A stretch of 45,707 bases of DNA, from positions 1 through 45,707 of the forward strand of contig CAZVMV010000009.1 in the NCBI GenBank assembly GCA_964628855.1, in the 5' to 3' direction. The stretch comes from an uncultured Gammaproteobacteria bacterium (lineage in GTDB: Bacteria; Patescibacteriota; Patescibacteriia; UBA10025; JAHIVO01). Of this stretch, positions 1-8,352 are shown in pieces; the stretch's first letter is position 1; each line of letters starts with the position of its first letter. Made by a program: the position numbers and the translations under genes. The notes below the pieces were generated by a model, which saw only the letters and a program-made list of their open reading frames with translations, ran no database searches and was not told the DNA's origin.

Positions 1-347
1 ACATTGCCCTGGCTACGCCAGCCATGATGAAAAAGCTCGGCCCGGTCGCAAAAATCCTTGGTCCAAAAGGGCTGATGCCGAATCCGCGCAATGAAACCAT
101 CACCAAAGACGTCGCAGCCGGCATCAAGGCACTGGCAGCCGGTAAAGTGACCTTCCGTAACGACGATTCCGGCAATATCCATCAGTTGATCGGCAGGGTG
201 TCATTTGACGAGGCAAAATTGTTGGAAAATTTCCGTTTGTTCACCGATGCTGTCCAGAAAGCCAAGCCCCAGGGTGCCAAAGGCATTTACATTAAGAACG
301 TAGTGCTGTCGACGACGATGGGCCCGGGCATCAAAGTCCAGATTTAA
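1..347 (+). CDS. rplA: 50S ribosomal protein L1, C-terminal part; 5' end lies outside the window
   Basis: The reading frame is open from base 3 and stops with TAA at 345-347. The translation (...GPKGLMPNPRNETITKDVAAGIKALAAGKVTFRNDDSGNIHQLIGRVSF...) matches the conserved L1 C-terminal region. Confidence 0.85.
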   Translation, partial: IALATPAMMKKLGPVAKILGPKGLMPNPRNETITKDVAAGIKALAAGKVTFRNDDSGNIHQLIGRVSFDEAKLLENFRLFTDAVQKAKPQGAKGIYIKNVVLSTTMGPGIKVQI

Positions 348-367
348 AAAATTCAACAATTAATATT

Positions 368-859
368 GTGCATATGAATGACGTTACGCACCCTTCAAAG
401 CGCACAGATTATATTTCCTGGGACGAATGTTTCATGCGGATGGCGCATGTCATCGCTGACCGTTCGAAAGACCCCAGCACCCAAGCGGGCGCGATCATTG
501 TAGACAAGAATATGATCGTGGTCGGTTTGGGGTATAACGGATTCCCGCGGGGGATCAAGGATGAACAATTGCCCTGGAACCGTGAAGGCAAGCTGTATGA
601 CACCAAATACGCTTATGTCGTCCATGCCGAAGAAAACGCCATCTATAACACGAATGTAAAAACTGACGGTTGTACCATCTATACCACCTTATTTCCGTGT
701 AATGAGTGCACCAAAACCATCATCCAGAGCGGCATCAAGAAAATAGTGTATGAGAGTGACAAATACCATGACGAGGAAATATGGAAAGCATCCAGGCGGA
801 TGCTGGATTTGGCCGGCATAGAGTATGTCCAGTTCAAATCTACGTGGGCTAAAGATTAG
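368..859 (+). CDS. dCMP deaminase (deoxycytidylate deaminase, ComEB/Dcd family)
   Basis: Zinc-binding cytidine/dCMP deaminase motifs are present: HAEENAI, and PCNECTK (PCxxC). Length is 163 aa. The start could be ATG 368 or ATG 374; no clear SD. Confidence 0.85.
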   Translation: MHMNDVTHPSKRTDYISWDECFMRMAHVIADRSKDPSTQAGAIIVDKNMIVVGLGYNGFPRGIKDEQLPWNREGKLYDTKYAYVVHAEENAIYNTNVKTDGCTIYTTLFPCNECTKTIIQSGIKKIVYESDKYHDEEIWKASRRMLDLAGIEYVQFKSTWAKD

Positions 860-873
860 CTAATTTTTTTCAC

Positions 874-1686
874 ATGCGCCAGTATTTAGACCTGCTCCAA
901 CACATTCTGGACCACGGCGTGGACAAATCTGACCGGACAGGCACCGGGACGAGGAGTGTTTTTGGTTACCAGATGCGGTTTAATTTGGCGGACGGTTTCC
1001 CGTTGCTGACGACCAAGAAGGTGCATCTGAAATCAATCATTTATGAATTGCTCTGGTTTTTAAAAGGGGATACCAACGTAAAATGGCTGAACGAACACGG
1101 CGTAACCATCTGGGACGAGTGGGCTGATGAGACAGGCGAGCTCGGTCCAATATACGGCGCCCAATGGACGCGCTGGAAAGGATATGACGGCCAGGCGATA
1201 AACCAAATCGCGGACGTGCAGGAACGTATCAGGAAAAATCCTGATTCACGCCGGATCATCGTCAGCGGGTGGAATGTGGCCGACCTCCAGACGCTGATTG
1301 CCGGCAAGAAAACGGCGCCGCCACCCTGCCATACGATGTTCCAGTTTTATGTTGCCAATAATAAATTATCCTGCCAATTATACCAGCGTTCGGCCGATGT
1401 TTTTCTGGGCGTCCCTTTTAACATTGCTTCGTACGCGTTATTTACAATGATGATGGCGCAGGTGACCGGCAAGGAGTTGGGTGATTTTGTCCACACTTTT
1501 GGTGATGTCCATATTTACAATAACCATTTTGACCAGGTGAAATTGCAGCTGTCCCGCACGCCAAAAGTATTGCCGGCCATGAAGATCAACCCGGACGTGA
1601 AAGATATTTTCAGTTTCAAGTATGAGGATTTTACGCTCGAGAATTACAATCCTGACCCGGGCATCAAGGCGCCGATAGCAATTTAG
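874..1686 (+). CDS. thyA: thymidylate synthase ThyA
   Basis: Classic ThyA sequence over the full length ([12 protein letters not shown]...DRTGTGT...[11 protein letters not shown]...), 270 aa. Confidence 0.95.
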   Translation: MRQYLDLLQHILDHGVDKSDRTGTGTRSVFGYQMRFNLADGFPLLTTKKVHLKSIIYELLWFLKGDTNVKWLNEHGVTIWDEWADETGELGPIYGAQWTRWKGYDGQAINQIADVQERIRKNPDSRRIIVSGWNVADLQTLIAGKKTAPPPCHTMFQFYVANNKLSCQLYQRSADVFLGVPFNIASYALFTMMMAQVTGKELGDFVHTFGDVHIYNNHFDQVKLQLSRTPKVLPAMKINPDVKDIFSFKYEDFTLENYNPDPGIKAPIAI

Positions 1687-2142
1687 TTGGTAGAAAGAAA
1701 TATGGAATTACCGTCTATGCCAAACCCAATCGATCAGCCGCAGGCGGAAACAAGCCATCCAAAGCGCACATGGATGTGGGTAGTTTTTATTCTAGTGGGT
1801 ATTTTCCTCGTTGTATGGGGTATAGGTTATGGAACGGGCCTGTATTTCGTAGATAAAAATGATTATCAGGCCTCTGGACTCGGAGGCATCGGTTATCTAT
1901 TAGCAGGATTAGTTGCCGGAGGCATCGGAATTTTCGGTGTGATAATTTCTGTATTAAAATTACTTTCTGTCAGCACGAGCGCCGTTAAAACTGTAAGGAA
2001 TATTTTTGGACTAATATTCCTGGATATATTAATACTTTTTTTTAACACACCATCAAAAGGATTGTTATATGTTTTAATCATTGATGTAATCTTAATTGTT
2101 TATTTTCGTCGGATACACAAAAAAGCCACGGTAGTGAAATAG
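1687..2142 (+). CDS. hypothetical integral membrane protein embedded in the thymidylate cluster
   Basis: Hydrophobic, Gly-rich predicted TM segments with no recognisable family. The alternative ATG at 1702 (MELPSMPN...) is the more likely start. Confidence 0.5.
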   Translation: MVERNMELPSMPNPIDQPQAETSHPKRTWMWVVFILVGIFLVVWGIGYGTGLYFVDKNDYQASGLGGIGYLLAGLVAGGIGIFGVIISVLKLLSVSTSAVKTVRNIFGLIFLDILILFFNTPSKGLLYVLIIDVILIVYFRRIHKKATVVK

Positions 2143-2147
2143 TAATT

Positions 2148-2633
2148 ATGAATAAACCCATCATCAGCATCATCGTCGCCGTAGGCGAAAACCGCGCCAT
2201 TGGAAAAAACAACGGTTTGCTTTGGAATATCCCGGAAGACATGGAACATTTCCGGTCGGTCACCAGGGGCCATGCTGTCATTATGGGCCAAAAAACATTC
2301 GAATCTATCGGTCGGCCGTTGCCGCAACGCACTAACGTGGTTTTGACCCAGGATCCGGATTTCCACCCTGACGGATGTGTCATTGCCCATTCAGTCGAGG
2401 AAGCTCTTACCGCAGCAAAAAAGGCTGAAAACGAGGAAATATTTTTTATCGGGGGCGGCATGGTTTACCAACAGGCGATACCATTGGCCGACCGGCTGTA
2501 CGTTACAGTAGTGAAGGGTAATTTCGAGGCGGATACTTTTTTTCCGGACTATTCGATGTTCAAAAAAGTAGTCAGCCGTCGGGAAAGCAGGGATGAAAAT
2601 TATACTTATACTTTTTTTGTTCTAGAGAAATAA
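2148..2633 (+). CDS. folA: dihydrofolate reductase
   Basis: ISIIVAVGENRAIGKNNGLLWNIPEDMEHF...IMGQKTFESIGRPLP is the canonical DHFR N-terminal region; 161 aa. Confidence 0.92.
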   Translation: MNKPIISIIVAVGENRAIGKNNGLLWNIPEDMEHFRSVTRGHAVIMGQKTFESIGRPLPQRTNVVLTQDPDFHPDGCVIAHSVEEALTAAKKAENEEIFFIGGGMVYQQAIPLADRLYVTVVKGNFEADTFFPDYSMFKKVVSRRESRDENYTYTFFVLEK

Positions 2634-2637
2634 TATT

Positions 2638-3366
2638 ATGAAAAAGGAAAGATTTGTTATTTTCGACGGCATCGACGGCTCCGGCAAGGGGACGCTGGTA
2701 AATGTATTAGCCGAATGGGCAAGGCAGCGGCGGATGAAAGTCTTTGATATCAGAGAATACGGTCGAAAGTTTCATGGCATGCCGGAACCGGAAGAGATAA
2801 AAAAATATGACGTCTTGCTTTCTGCTGAGCCGACTTTTTCACTGGTCGGACAGGCGATTCGCGAGGAGATTGTCCGTCATAATGGACGGGATTATACGGC
2901 CATGGAAACGGCGCAGGCCTATGCCCTGGACCGCCTAATTTTATACCGAAGAGTCATCGTGCCGGCATTGAAGATGGGAAAAATTATATTCCAGGAACGC
3001 GGTTTGACCACCTCAGTATGCTATCAACCTATCCAGGCGGATCCCATCACTGTTAAAAAAATTTTACAGCTGAGCGGCAACCAATTGGCGATGCGTTATC
3101 GGCCAGACCTTTTTGTGATAGTTGACGTCAAGCCGGAAACCGCCATCAAACGGTTGGCAGGACGCATGGAAAAAAAAGACGCCGCAATTTTTGAAAAGCT
3201 GGCATTTCTAAAAAAGGCCCGGGCACGTTTCATGTCAGTTTGGTATGAGAAGCTTTTTACCGCTGCCGGCAGCCGGGTGGTGCACATTTCCACTGACATG
3301 CCGGTCGCCGAAAGCAGGAGGGCAGTGCTCGCAGAATGGGAAATGTTCCTTGGCCGAAAAAAATGA
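2638..3366 (+). CDS. tmk: thymidylate (dTMP) kinase
   Basis: P-loop FDGIDGSGKGT and the DRY/LID region (YALDRLILY) are present. The gene ends with a TGA stop, which shows TGA is a stop codon in this genome. Confidence 0.88.
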   Translation: MKKERFVIFDGIDGSGKGTLVNVLAEWARQRRMKVFDIREYGRKFHGMPEPEEIKKYDVLLSAEPTFSLVGQAIREEIVRHNGRDYTAMETAQAYALDRLILYRRVIVPALKMGKIIFQERGLTTSVCYQPIQADPITVKKILQLSGNQLAMRYRPDLFVIVDVKPETAIKRLAGRMEKKDAAIFEKLAFLKKARARFMSVWYEKLFTAAGSRVVHISTDMPVAESRRAVLAEWEMFLGRKK

Positions 3367-3404
3367 ATTCCTCTGGTGCATTTTTCCTGCTAAAATAGGT
3401 ATAT

Positions 3405-4958
3405 ATGAACAAATACGAGCCAGTCATCGGTTTAGAAATACACGTACAGCTCAAGACCAAAAGCAAGATGTTTTGTCGTTGCGATAACACTGGCGAAAAC
3501 CAGCCTCCGAATACTACGATCTGCCCGATCTGTACGGGGCATCCCGGGGTATTGCCGAATCCGAATGAGCAGGCGATCGAATGGACAGTATTGGCTGCAC
3601 TGGCTTTGGGTTGTGAGATAAACCGGCATTCTCATTTTGACCGGAAAAGTTATTTTTACCCTGACTTGCCGAAAGGTTACCAGATATCCCAATATTCGGC
3701 GCCCTTTGGCCACGATGGCCATCTGGTATTTTTTTCTGAGAAGGGGAAACGGCGAGTACGGATTGAACGCGTCCATCTGGAAGAGGACACCGGGAAGCTG
3801 CTGCACGAGGCGGACAAGAGCGCCAGTTATGTGGATTATAACCGGGCTGGGACTCCGCTGATGGAGGTCGTTACCCGGCCAGATATAGAGACCCCTGCTG
3901 AAGCAAGGATTTTTTTGCAGGAATTGCGACTGATCATGAGGTACCTGGACGTTTCTGACGCTGACATGGAGAAGGGCCACCTGCGGTGTGATGCCAATAT
4001 TTCATTGCGACCGAACCCAGAGTATTTCCAGGACAAGGCCGGCGAGACAGCCGGGATAGGTATGGATCCCAAAAAATTATACCCAAAGACAGAGGTCAAG
4101 AATTTGAATTCGTTTAAGTCGGTTGAACGCGCATTAGAATATGAAATAAAACGGCAGACGAAATTATGGGATGATGACAAGGCTCCGCAGAAACAATCAA
4201 CCCGCGGCTGGGATGACAAGAAAGGCGAGACCGTATTGCAGCGCGTGAAGGAGGAGCAGCATGATTACCGGTATTTTCCTGAACCGGATCTGCCACCTGT
4301 AGAGATAACTAATAAAACGTTGGACGGTATATTGGTCAAGCGGGTTGAGCTACCGGCTGACAAGCGTGAGCGGTTCATGGATGAGCTCGGACTTAACTTA
4401 TATGACGCGTCAATTTTGGTGGCGGATAAGCATCTGGCCGGTTATTTTGAACGAGTCATAGCTGAGCTCAGCAGCTGGATCGTTTCACTGGGCACGGAGG
4501 AGGGGACCGAGGAGGAGATTTGGGAACGTAACAAGGCCAAACTGGTGAAACAAGCCGCGAACTGGATAATCAGCCGTCTGCTGCAGTTGGTTAATGATGC
4601 GAAAATAGATCTGCGTCAGCTTAAAATCACGGCGGAAAATTTCGCGGAGTTGATGACCTTGATTTTCCAGAAGCGACTGAATAACCAGACGGCGCTGGTC
4701 GTATTGAAGAAAATGTTCGCGACCGGGGGCGATCCTTCCGATATTATGGAATCCGACGATCTGGGCTCTCAGTCAGGGGAAGGCGATCTGCATGTCGCCA
4801 TTGAAACTGTCTTAGCCAAGAACGGCGAAATAGTCGAGCAGTACAAATCCGGCAAGACTGCCGTACTGCAGTTTTTGATCGGCCAGGTCATGAAGCAAAC
4901 AAAAGGCAAAGCAGATGCAAATGAAGTAAAAGATCAATTGACATTAAAATTGAAATAA
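3405..4958 (+). CDS. gatB: Asp-tRNA(Asn)/Glu-tRNA(Gln) amidotransferase subunit B
   Basis: GatB N-terminus EPVIGLEIHVQL...CRCDN...CPICTGHPGVLP and a C-terminal GatB/YqeY-like tail; 517 aa. RBS-poor, ATG at 3405. Confidence 0.9.
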   Translation: MNKYEPVIGLEIHVQLKTKSKMFCRCDNTGENQPPNTTICPICTGHPGVLPNPNEQAIEWTVLAALALGCEINRHSHFDRKSYFYPDLPKGYQISQYSAPFGHDGHLVFFSEKGKRRVRIERVHLEEDTGKLLHEADKSASYVDYNRAGTPLMEVVTRPDIETPAEARIFLQELRLIMRYLDVSDADMEKGHLRCDANISLRPNPEYFQDKAGETAGIGMDPKKLYPKTEVKNLNSFKSVERALEYEIKRQTKLWDDDKAPQKQSTRGWDDKKGETVLQRVKEEQHDYRYFPEPDLPPVEITNKTLDGILVKRVELPADKRERFMDELGLNLYDASILVADKHLAGYFERVIAELSSWIVSLGTEEGTEEEIWERNKAKLVKQAANWIISRLLQLVNDAKIDLRQLKITAENFAELMTLIFQKRLNNQTALVVLKKMFATGGDPSDIMESDDLGSQSGEGDLHVAIETVLAKNGEIVEQYKSGKTAVLQFLIGQVMKQTKGKADANEVKDQLTLKLK

Positions 4959-5018
4959 ATTAGGATAAATTACCACGGATAGTAATTTACCGATTGAACA
5001 TTTTTCAAGGAGGTCGTC

Positions 5019-5198
5019 ATGCCAGGATTGCGTGAGCGGGATGAAGAACGGTCTGGAGGGACTATTTTCTGCAATCATAATGATTGCCAATGCGACGTTT
5101 CCGTCGATGCCAGTGGTCGTAAAAGTTGCGGCCATGGGAGAGTGGAACATTCGCATCCGGATCTGAATCCGGTTGGATTCGAAGAGTACGAAGAGTGA
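5019..5198 (+). CDS. small Cys/His-rich protein (59 aa), a possible metal-binding peptide; absent from the ORF track because it is under 60 aa
   Basis: A strong SD (AAGGAGG, 5006-5012) sits 6 nt before ATG 5019. A rho-independent terminator follows the ORF. Translation: MPGLRERDEERSGGTIFCNHNDCQCDVSVDASGRKSCGHGRVEHSHPDLNPVGFEEYEE (4 Cys, 5 His). Confidence 0.5.
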   Translation: MPGLRERDEERSGGTIFCNHNDCQCDVSVDASGRKSCGHGRVEHSHPDLNPVGFEEYEE

Positions 5199-5220
5199 AA
5201 CTGCAAGGATAACAAAGTCA

Positions 5221-5250
5221 TCAGCGCCAACGGGGGTATGGCGCTTTTTT
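5221..5250 (+). terminator. intrinsic terminator after the small Cys-rich ORF
   Basis: GCGCCAACGGGGGTATGGCGC followed by TTTTTTATT. Confidence 0.6.
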
Positions 5251-5389
5251 ATTGTGGATAAGTTTAACATTTGTTCATATTTTCGAATAAAGCAGGTATG
5301 TTTGACACGGTTTGAAAATAAGAGTATTGTCAGTAGCAGAATATGAAACGTCACATGCCACATCGTATGAAGGATGGCAGGCTTGAGCG

Positions 5390-5510
5390 GAAACGCCCGG
5401 GAGATCCCGGGATTTTTTTTAAACTGAAGCAAATTGGCTGTCCGCCGCCAGGACAGTCGGCCATATGGCCTCTCCATTGCCCCGTTCAATTGAACGGGGC
5501 GTTTTTTTAT
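5390..5510 (+). promoter_or_regulatory. structured leader or small-RNA region upstream of the PyrD-like gene: two terminator-like hairpins, another hairpin, and a perfect 12-bp palindrome
   Basis: Hairpin CCCGGGagatCCCGGG + T8 (5396-5420). Hairpin GGCTGTCC...GGACAGTC (5436-5458). Palindrome GGCCATATGGCC (5459-5470). Hairpin CCCCGTTCAATTGAACGGGG + T7 (5480-5508). A TTGACA-N17-TATTGT promoter-like pair lies upstream near 5296-5325. Confidence 0.4.
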
Positions 5511-5556
5511 AACAAAAAAGGACCTTGAAAAAACCTGAATAGGACAGGAGGATGTC

Positions 5557-6468
5557 ATGATTTCATTAGGCAGGATAAAACTGGCCAATCCGATAGTCGC
5601 ATCGTCTGGCGCATTGGGATTCGGCCGGGGGTATTGGTGGGACCGTGCGCTGATTAATGCCGGACTTATCAGGACGGATACTGTTGGCGCGGTTATAACC
5701 AAAACCCTGACTGATCAGCCGTGGGTTGGCAATTGGAAAGGCTGGAACCCCTGGCAGGTGATCTGGCCGTTGTCAGGCGGTTGGGTCAACGCGTTTGGTC
5801 TGACTAACCGCGGTTTGCGCTGGTTTATGGAGCAGGAGTATCCACATGTCCATCCGCATAACCTGATTGTCTCCATCACTGACCCGGATCCATATTCAAT
5901 CCCGAAGATGGCGACCAAGCTTGATGCCATCGAGCTTTTGGCCGTCGAGGTCAATATGTCATGTCCGAATACGCCACAGTGGACTGATTTGCAGAGATCA
6001 TACGATACTGCGAAAATTATCCTCTACCGTATGAAATCGAACATGCGCCACCCGTTGGTTGTCAAAATCGGTTATCTGAACGAGCCGGAAAGGGAAAATA
6101 TGGCCGAGATTTGCACTACGGTTGGCGTCGATGCCGTCGACATGATCAATACCATCCCGTATGGGAAGCGATTCCCGGGACAGGTGTCACCGCTGAAGAA
6201 AGGCGGGGGTGTTTCGGGCAGCCTGATTACCGATTACGCTCTCGATCAGGTGGGTTGGTTCCGCCGAAATACCTCATTGCCAATCATCGGCGGCGGAGGA
6301 GTCGGAACAATCGAGGATGTCAGGATTTTTCTGGATGCCGGAGCGGATGCCGTATCTGTCGGCAGTGCGCACATACTGCGTCCATGGATATCGACGTCAC
6401 TGGCCAAAAAGTTTACAGTCTGTCAAGAAGAAAAGAATGAACAGACGTCACAACCATTAACCCTCTAG
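5557..6468 (+). CDS. dihydroorotate dehydrogenase family protein (PyrD-like, class 1 TIM-barrel flavoenzyme)
   Basis: Family motifs NPIVASSGALGFG, NAFGLTNRG, VNMSCPNTP, GGVSGS and IIGGGGVGTIEDVRIFLDAGADAV. SD AGGAGG before ATG 5557. Confidence 0.7.
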   Translation: MISLGRIKLANPIVASSGALGFGRGYWWDRALINAGLIRTDTVGAVITKTLTDQPWVGNWKGWNPWQVIWPLSGGWVNAFGLTNRGLRWFMEQEYPHVHPHNLIVSITDPDPYSIPKMATKLDAIELLAVEVNMSCPNTPQWTDLQRSYDTAKIILYRMKSNMRHPLVVKIGYLNEPERENMAEICTTVGVDAVDMINTIPYGKRFPGQVSPLKKGGGVSGSLITDYALDQVGWFRRNTSLPIIGGGGVGTIEDVRIFLDAGADAVSVGSAHILRPWISTSLAKKFTVCQEEKNEQTSQPLTL

Positions 6469-6478
6469 GAGGTTAGTC

Positions 6479-7522
6479 ATGTCCACTTTGTACACCCCGA
6501 ATGTCGGCACAGCCCGGTTAGTCAGCGAATTGATCGGTGCGGGCGAGCGTCACCTTCGTGACAGGAAATTCATCCGCATTACCCCGCCCAGGATCGTACC
6601 CGCAAGCGGTGCCTGCGAAAACGTCGACACGTTGTTTGAGATCACGGTCGGCGGCGATCCGCGGTGGTTCCATGGCGGCCACAAGCGAGCCTATTTCGCC
6701 CAGACCTGCCAGCTCTACCTGGAATCACTTCTCGGCGAGGGTGGCCTGGAACGCGTCTACTGCATCGGACCTTCAGCCCGGGCAGAAGCTACCATCGACC
6801 ACCGGCATCTGACCGAGTTCGAGATGATCGAGATCGAGTTCCGCGGCACCTTTGATGAGCTGTTGCAGGAGATCGAGCTCTTCATCGGCAGCCTGGTCGG
6901 CATGGTGAAGTCCGTGCCGGAAAGCGAGCGCACTGGCTACGGTTTGCCCGCTGACCTGTCGCACCTGGACAGGCACCCGGAGTCTTTCCCGCGCATCACT
7001 TACGCAGAGGCGATCGCCGAACTGAACCTGCCATGGGGCAGCGACATCTCTTCATCTCATGAGAAGGAGCTGATCGCTAACCACGGCAGGGGGCCCATCC
7101 TGATCACCCGGTACCCGAATCCGATGAGCGAAAGGATGAAAATCCTGTTCGCCCACAAGGTGAACGGTCTGGCGATCAAGTTTTTCAACATGGTGCCTGA
7201 CCCGAATGATCCAGAATACGTCCTGTCGTGCGACTGTATCGTGCCGTACGGCGGCGAGTGTGTCGGCTCGGCAGCTCGCGTGTGGAAACATGAGGAGTTT
7301 GCCGATCGCCTGTACGCGTCGCCGATGTTTGCCCGGCTGCAGGAGAAGGACAGTTTCGCCAAGGAGGGTTTTGGCTGGTACCTGTCCATGCTGCAGGCCT
7401 GGCCGTCCGTGCCGCATGCCGGATGCGGATTCGGCATGTCGCGGATTTTCCAGTACCTGCTCGGCGAACCGGACATCACCAAGGTGGTGACCTTCCCGTC
7501 CAACCGCGCCCGACTGTATTAA
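6479..7522 (+). CDS. class II aminoacyl-tRNA-synthetase-like catalytic-core protein, most likely aspartate-ammonia ligase (AsnA-type asparagine synthetase)
   Basis: There is no anticodon-binding domain. The motif-3-like C-terminus HAGCGFGMSRIFQYLLG and the ...CIVPYGGECVGSAARV... block align with the AsnA SSMGIRV / GGGIGQSRL regions. Codon usage is markedly GC-rich. Confidence 0.5.
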   Translation: MSTLYTPNVGTARLVSELIGAGERHLRDRKFIRITPPRIVPASGACENVDTLFEITVGGDPRWFHGGHKRAYFAQTCQLYLESLLGEGGLERVYCIGPSARAEATIDHRHLTEFEMIEIEFRGTFDELLQEIELFIGSLVGMVKSVPESERTGYGLPADLSHLDRHPESFPRITYAEAIAELNLPWGSDISSSHEKELIANHGRGPILITRYPNPMSERMKILFAHKVNGLAIKFFNMVPDPNDPEYVLSCDCIVPYGGECVGSAARVWKHEEFADRLYASPMFARLQEKDSFAKEGFGWYLSMLQAWPSVPHAGCGFGMSRIFQYLLGEPDITKVVTFPSNRARLY

Positions 7523-7534
7523 TCGTTCATTATT

Positions 7535-7575
7535 AAAAAAATACAGGCTTGCCCATTGGGCAAGCCTGTTCTTAT
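7535..7575. terminator. bidirectional intrinsic terminator between convergent genes
   Basis: A6 CAGGCTTGCCC attg GGCAAGCCTG T-rich; perfect 11-bp stem. Confidence 0.7.
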
Positions 7576-8195
7576 CATTTCCTGATGGCAAAGACGAATA
7601 CATAAGTCCCGCCAATCAGGAGCGTCCAAATCAGTGAAATGACCGGACCTGCCAGTAGCCATACGGCAGAGAAAGCGACGACATAAATTGGGTCGTGGTA
7701 GCGTTGATTTACCACCAGACGGGTCAGCCAGTCCATGATGGCGGTCGGGACACGGAGTTCCTGGCGCCGGTATTGGACAATACTGCTCAGGTAGACAAAT
7801 AAGCACCAGACAACTATCGGTACCAGCCAGAAGTGCCCGTTATACACGGGGATGCCTGAGAGGAAAGCTATCATCCATACGCACCAGGCGTACGGTGAGC
7901 AGCAGTTGAAGCGTTCAGCTGATTGCCCTCCACTTCGGATGGATTTGAGTGCCCACAACAGGTGGATGAGCATGATGACAAGTGCGATTTCGCCGCTCAG
8001 TCCATGGATACTTATTGGCGCATGGTGGCTCCGAGCCTGTGCAATCATGCCGAAAGTCCCTAGCACATCGCAAATGAATCCGAAGATAAAAACGGATATA
8101 ATCCGCCTGCTCAGCCCGCCCCGGAGCTGTTCGGTCCAGATGGCTACTGAATACAGCAAGAAGGCCAGATTGATCAGAATTATGGGAAAGAACAT
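7575..8195 (-). CDS. hypothetical polytopic membrane protein
   Basis: 206 aa, about five hydrophobic helices, SD GGAGGG before ATG 8195. No family recognised. Confidence 0.55.
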   Translation of the reverse strand: MFFPIILINLAFLLYSVAIWTEQLRGGLSRRIISVFIFGFICDVLGTFGMIAQARSHHAPISIHGLSGEIALVIMLIHLLWALKSIRSGGQSAERFNCCSPYAWCVWMIAFLSGIPVYNGHFWLVPIVVWCLFVYLSSIVQYRRQELRVPTAIMDWLTRLVVNQRYHDPIYVVAFSAVWLLAGPVISLIWTLLIGGTYVFVFAIRK

Positions 8196-8283
8196 GGGTC
8201 CCTCCAGTTCATTTTTGTTCGTCTATTTTGTATTATCCTAGGCGAATGGATGTTAAACGTCAATAGTCCATTGTTCTGCAGGA

Positions 8284-8320
8284 AATAAAAAAGCCCGCAC
8301 CATTGGTAGTGGTGAGGGCT
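8284..8320 (-). terminator. intrinsic terminator for the 8353-9324 gene
   Basis: Hairpin GCCCGCACCA...GGTGAGGGC, followed on the minus strand by TTTTTTATTTCC. Confidence 0.5.
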
Positions 8321-8352
8321 GGGATAATCGAAACTTACGAATGAACTACTAG

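Noticed and set aside
5436-5510. PyrR-binding attenuator upstream of the PyrD-like gene
   Set aside because: The only GAGAGGC-like string (GGAGAGGCC) is on the opposite strand to the downstream gene. No pyrR or UMP-pathway genes are present. Retained only as a generic attenuator or sRNA.
4944-5702. 252-aa minus-strand ORF spanning the gatB/PyrD-like spacer
   Set aside because: It runs antisense across two plus-strand terminator hairpins, the SD and start of the PyrD-like gene, and the small Cys-rich ORF. It has no RBS of its own and no recognisable family, so it is a spurious reading frame.
6537-7615. Multiple long overlapping ORFs on both strands inside the AsnA-like gene (also within 28.0-32.7 kb and 35.7-36.9 kb)
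   Set aside because: They are typical stop-codon-poor artefacts of GC-rich sequence. Only one frame per locus gives a recognisable protein family.
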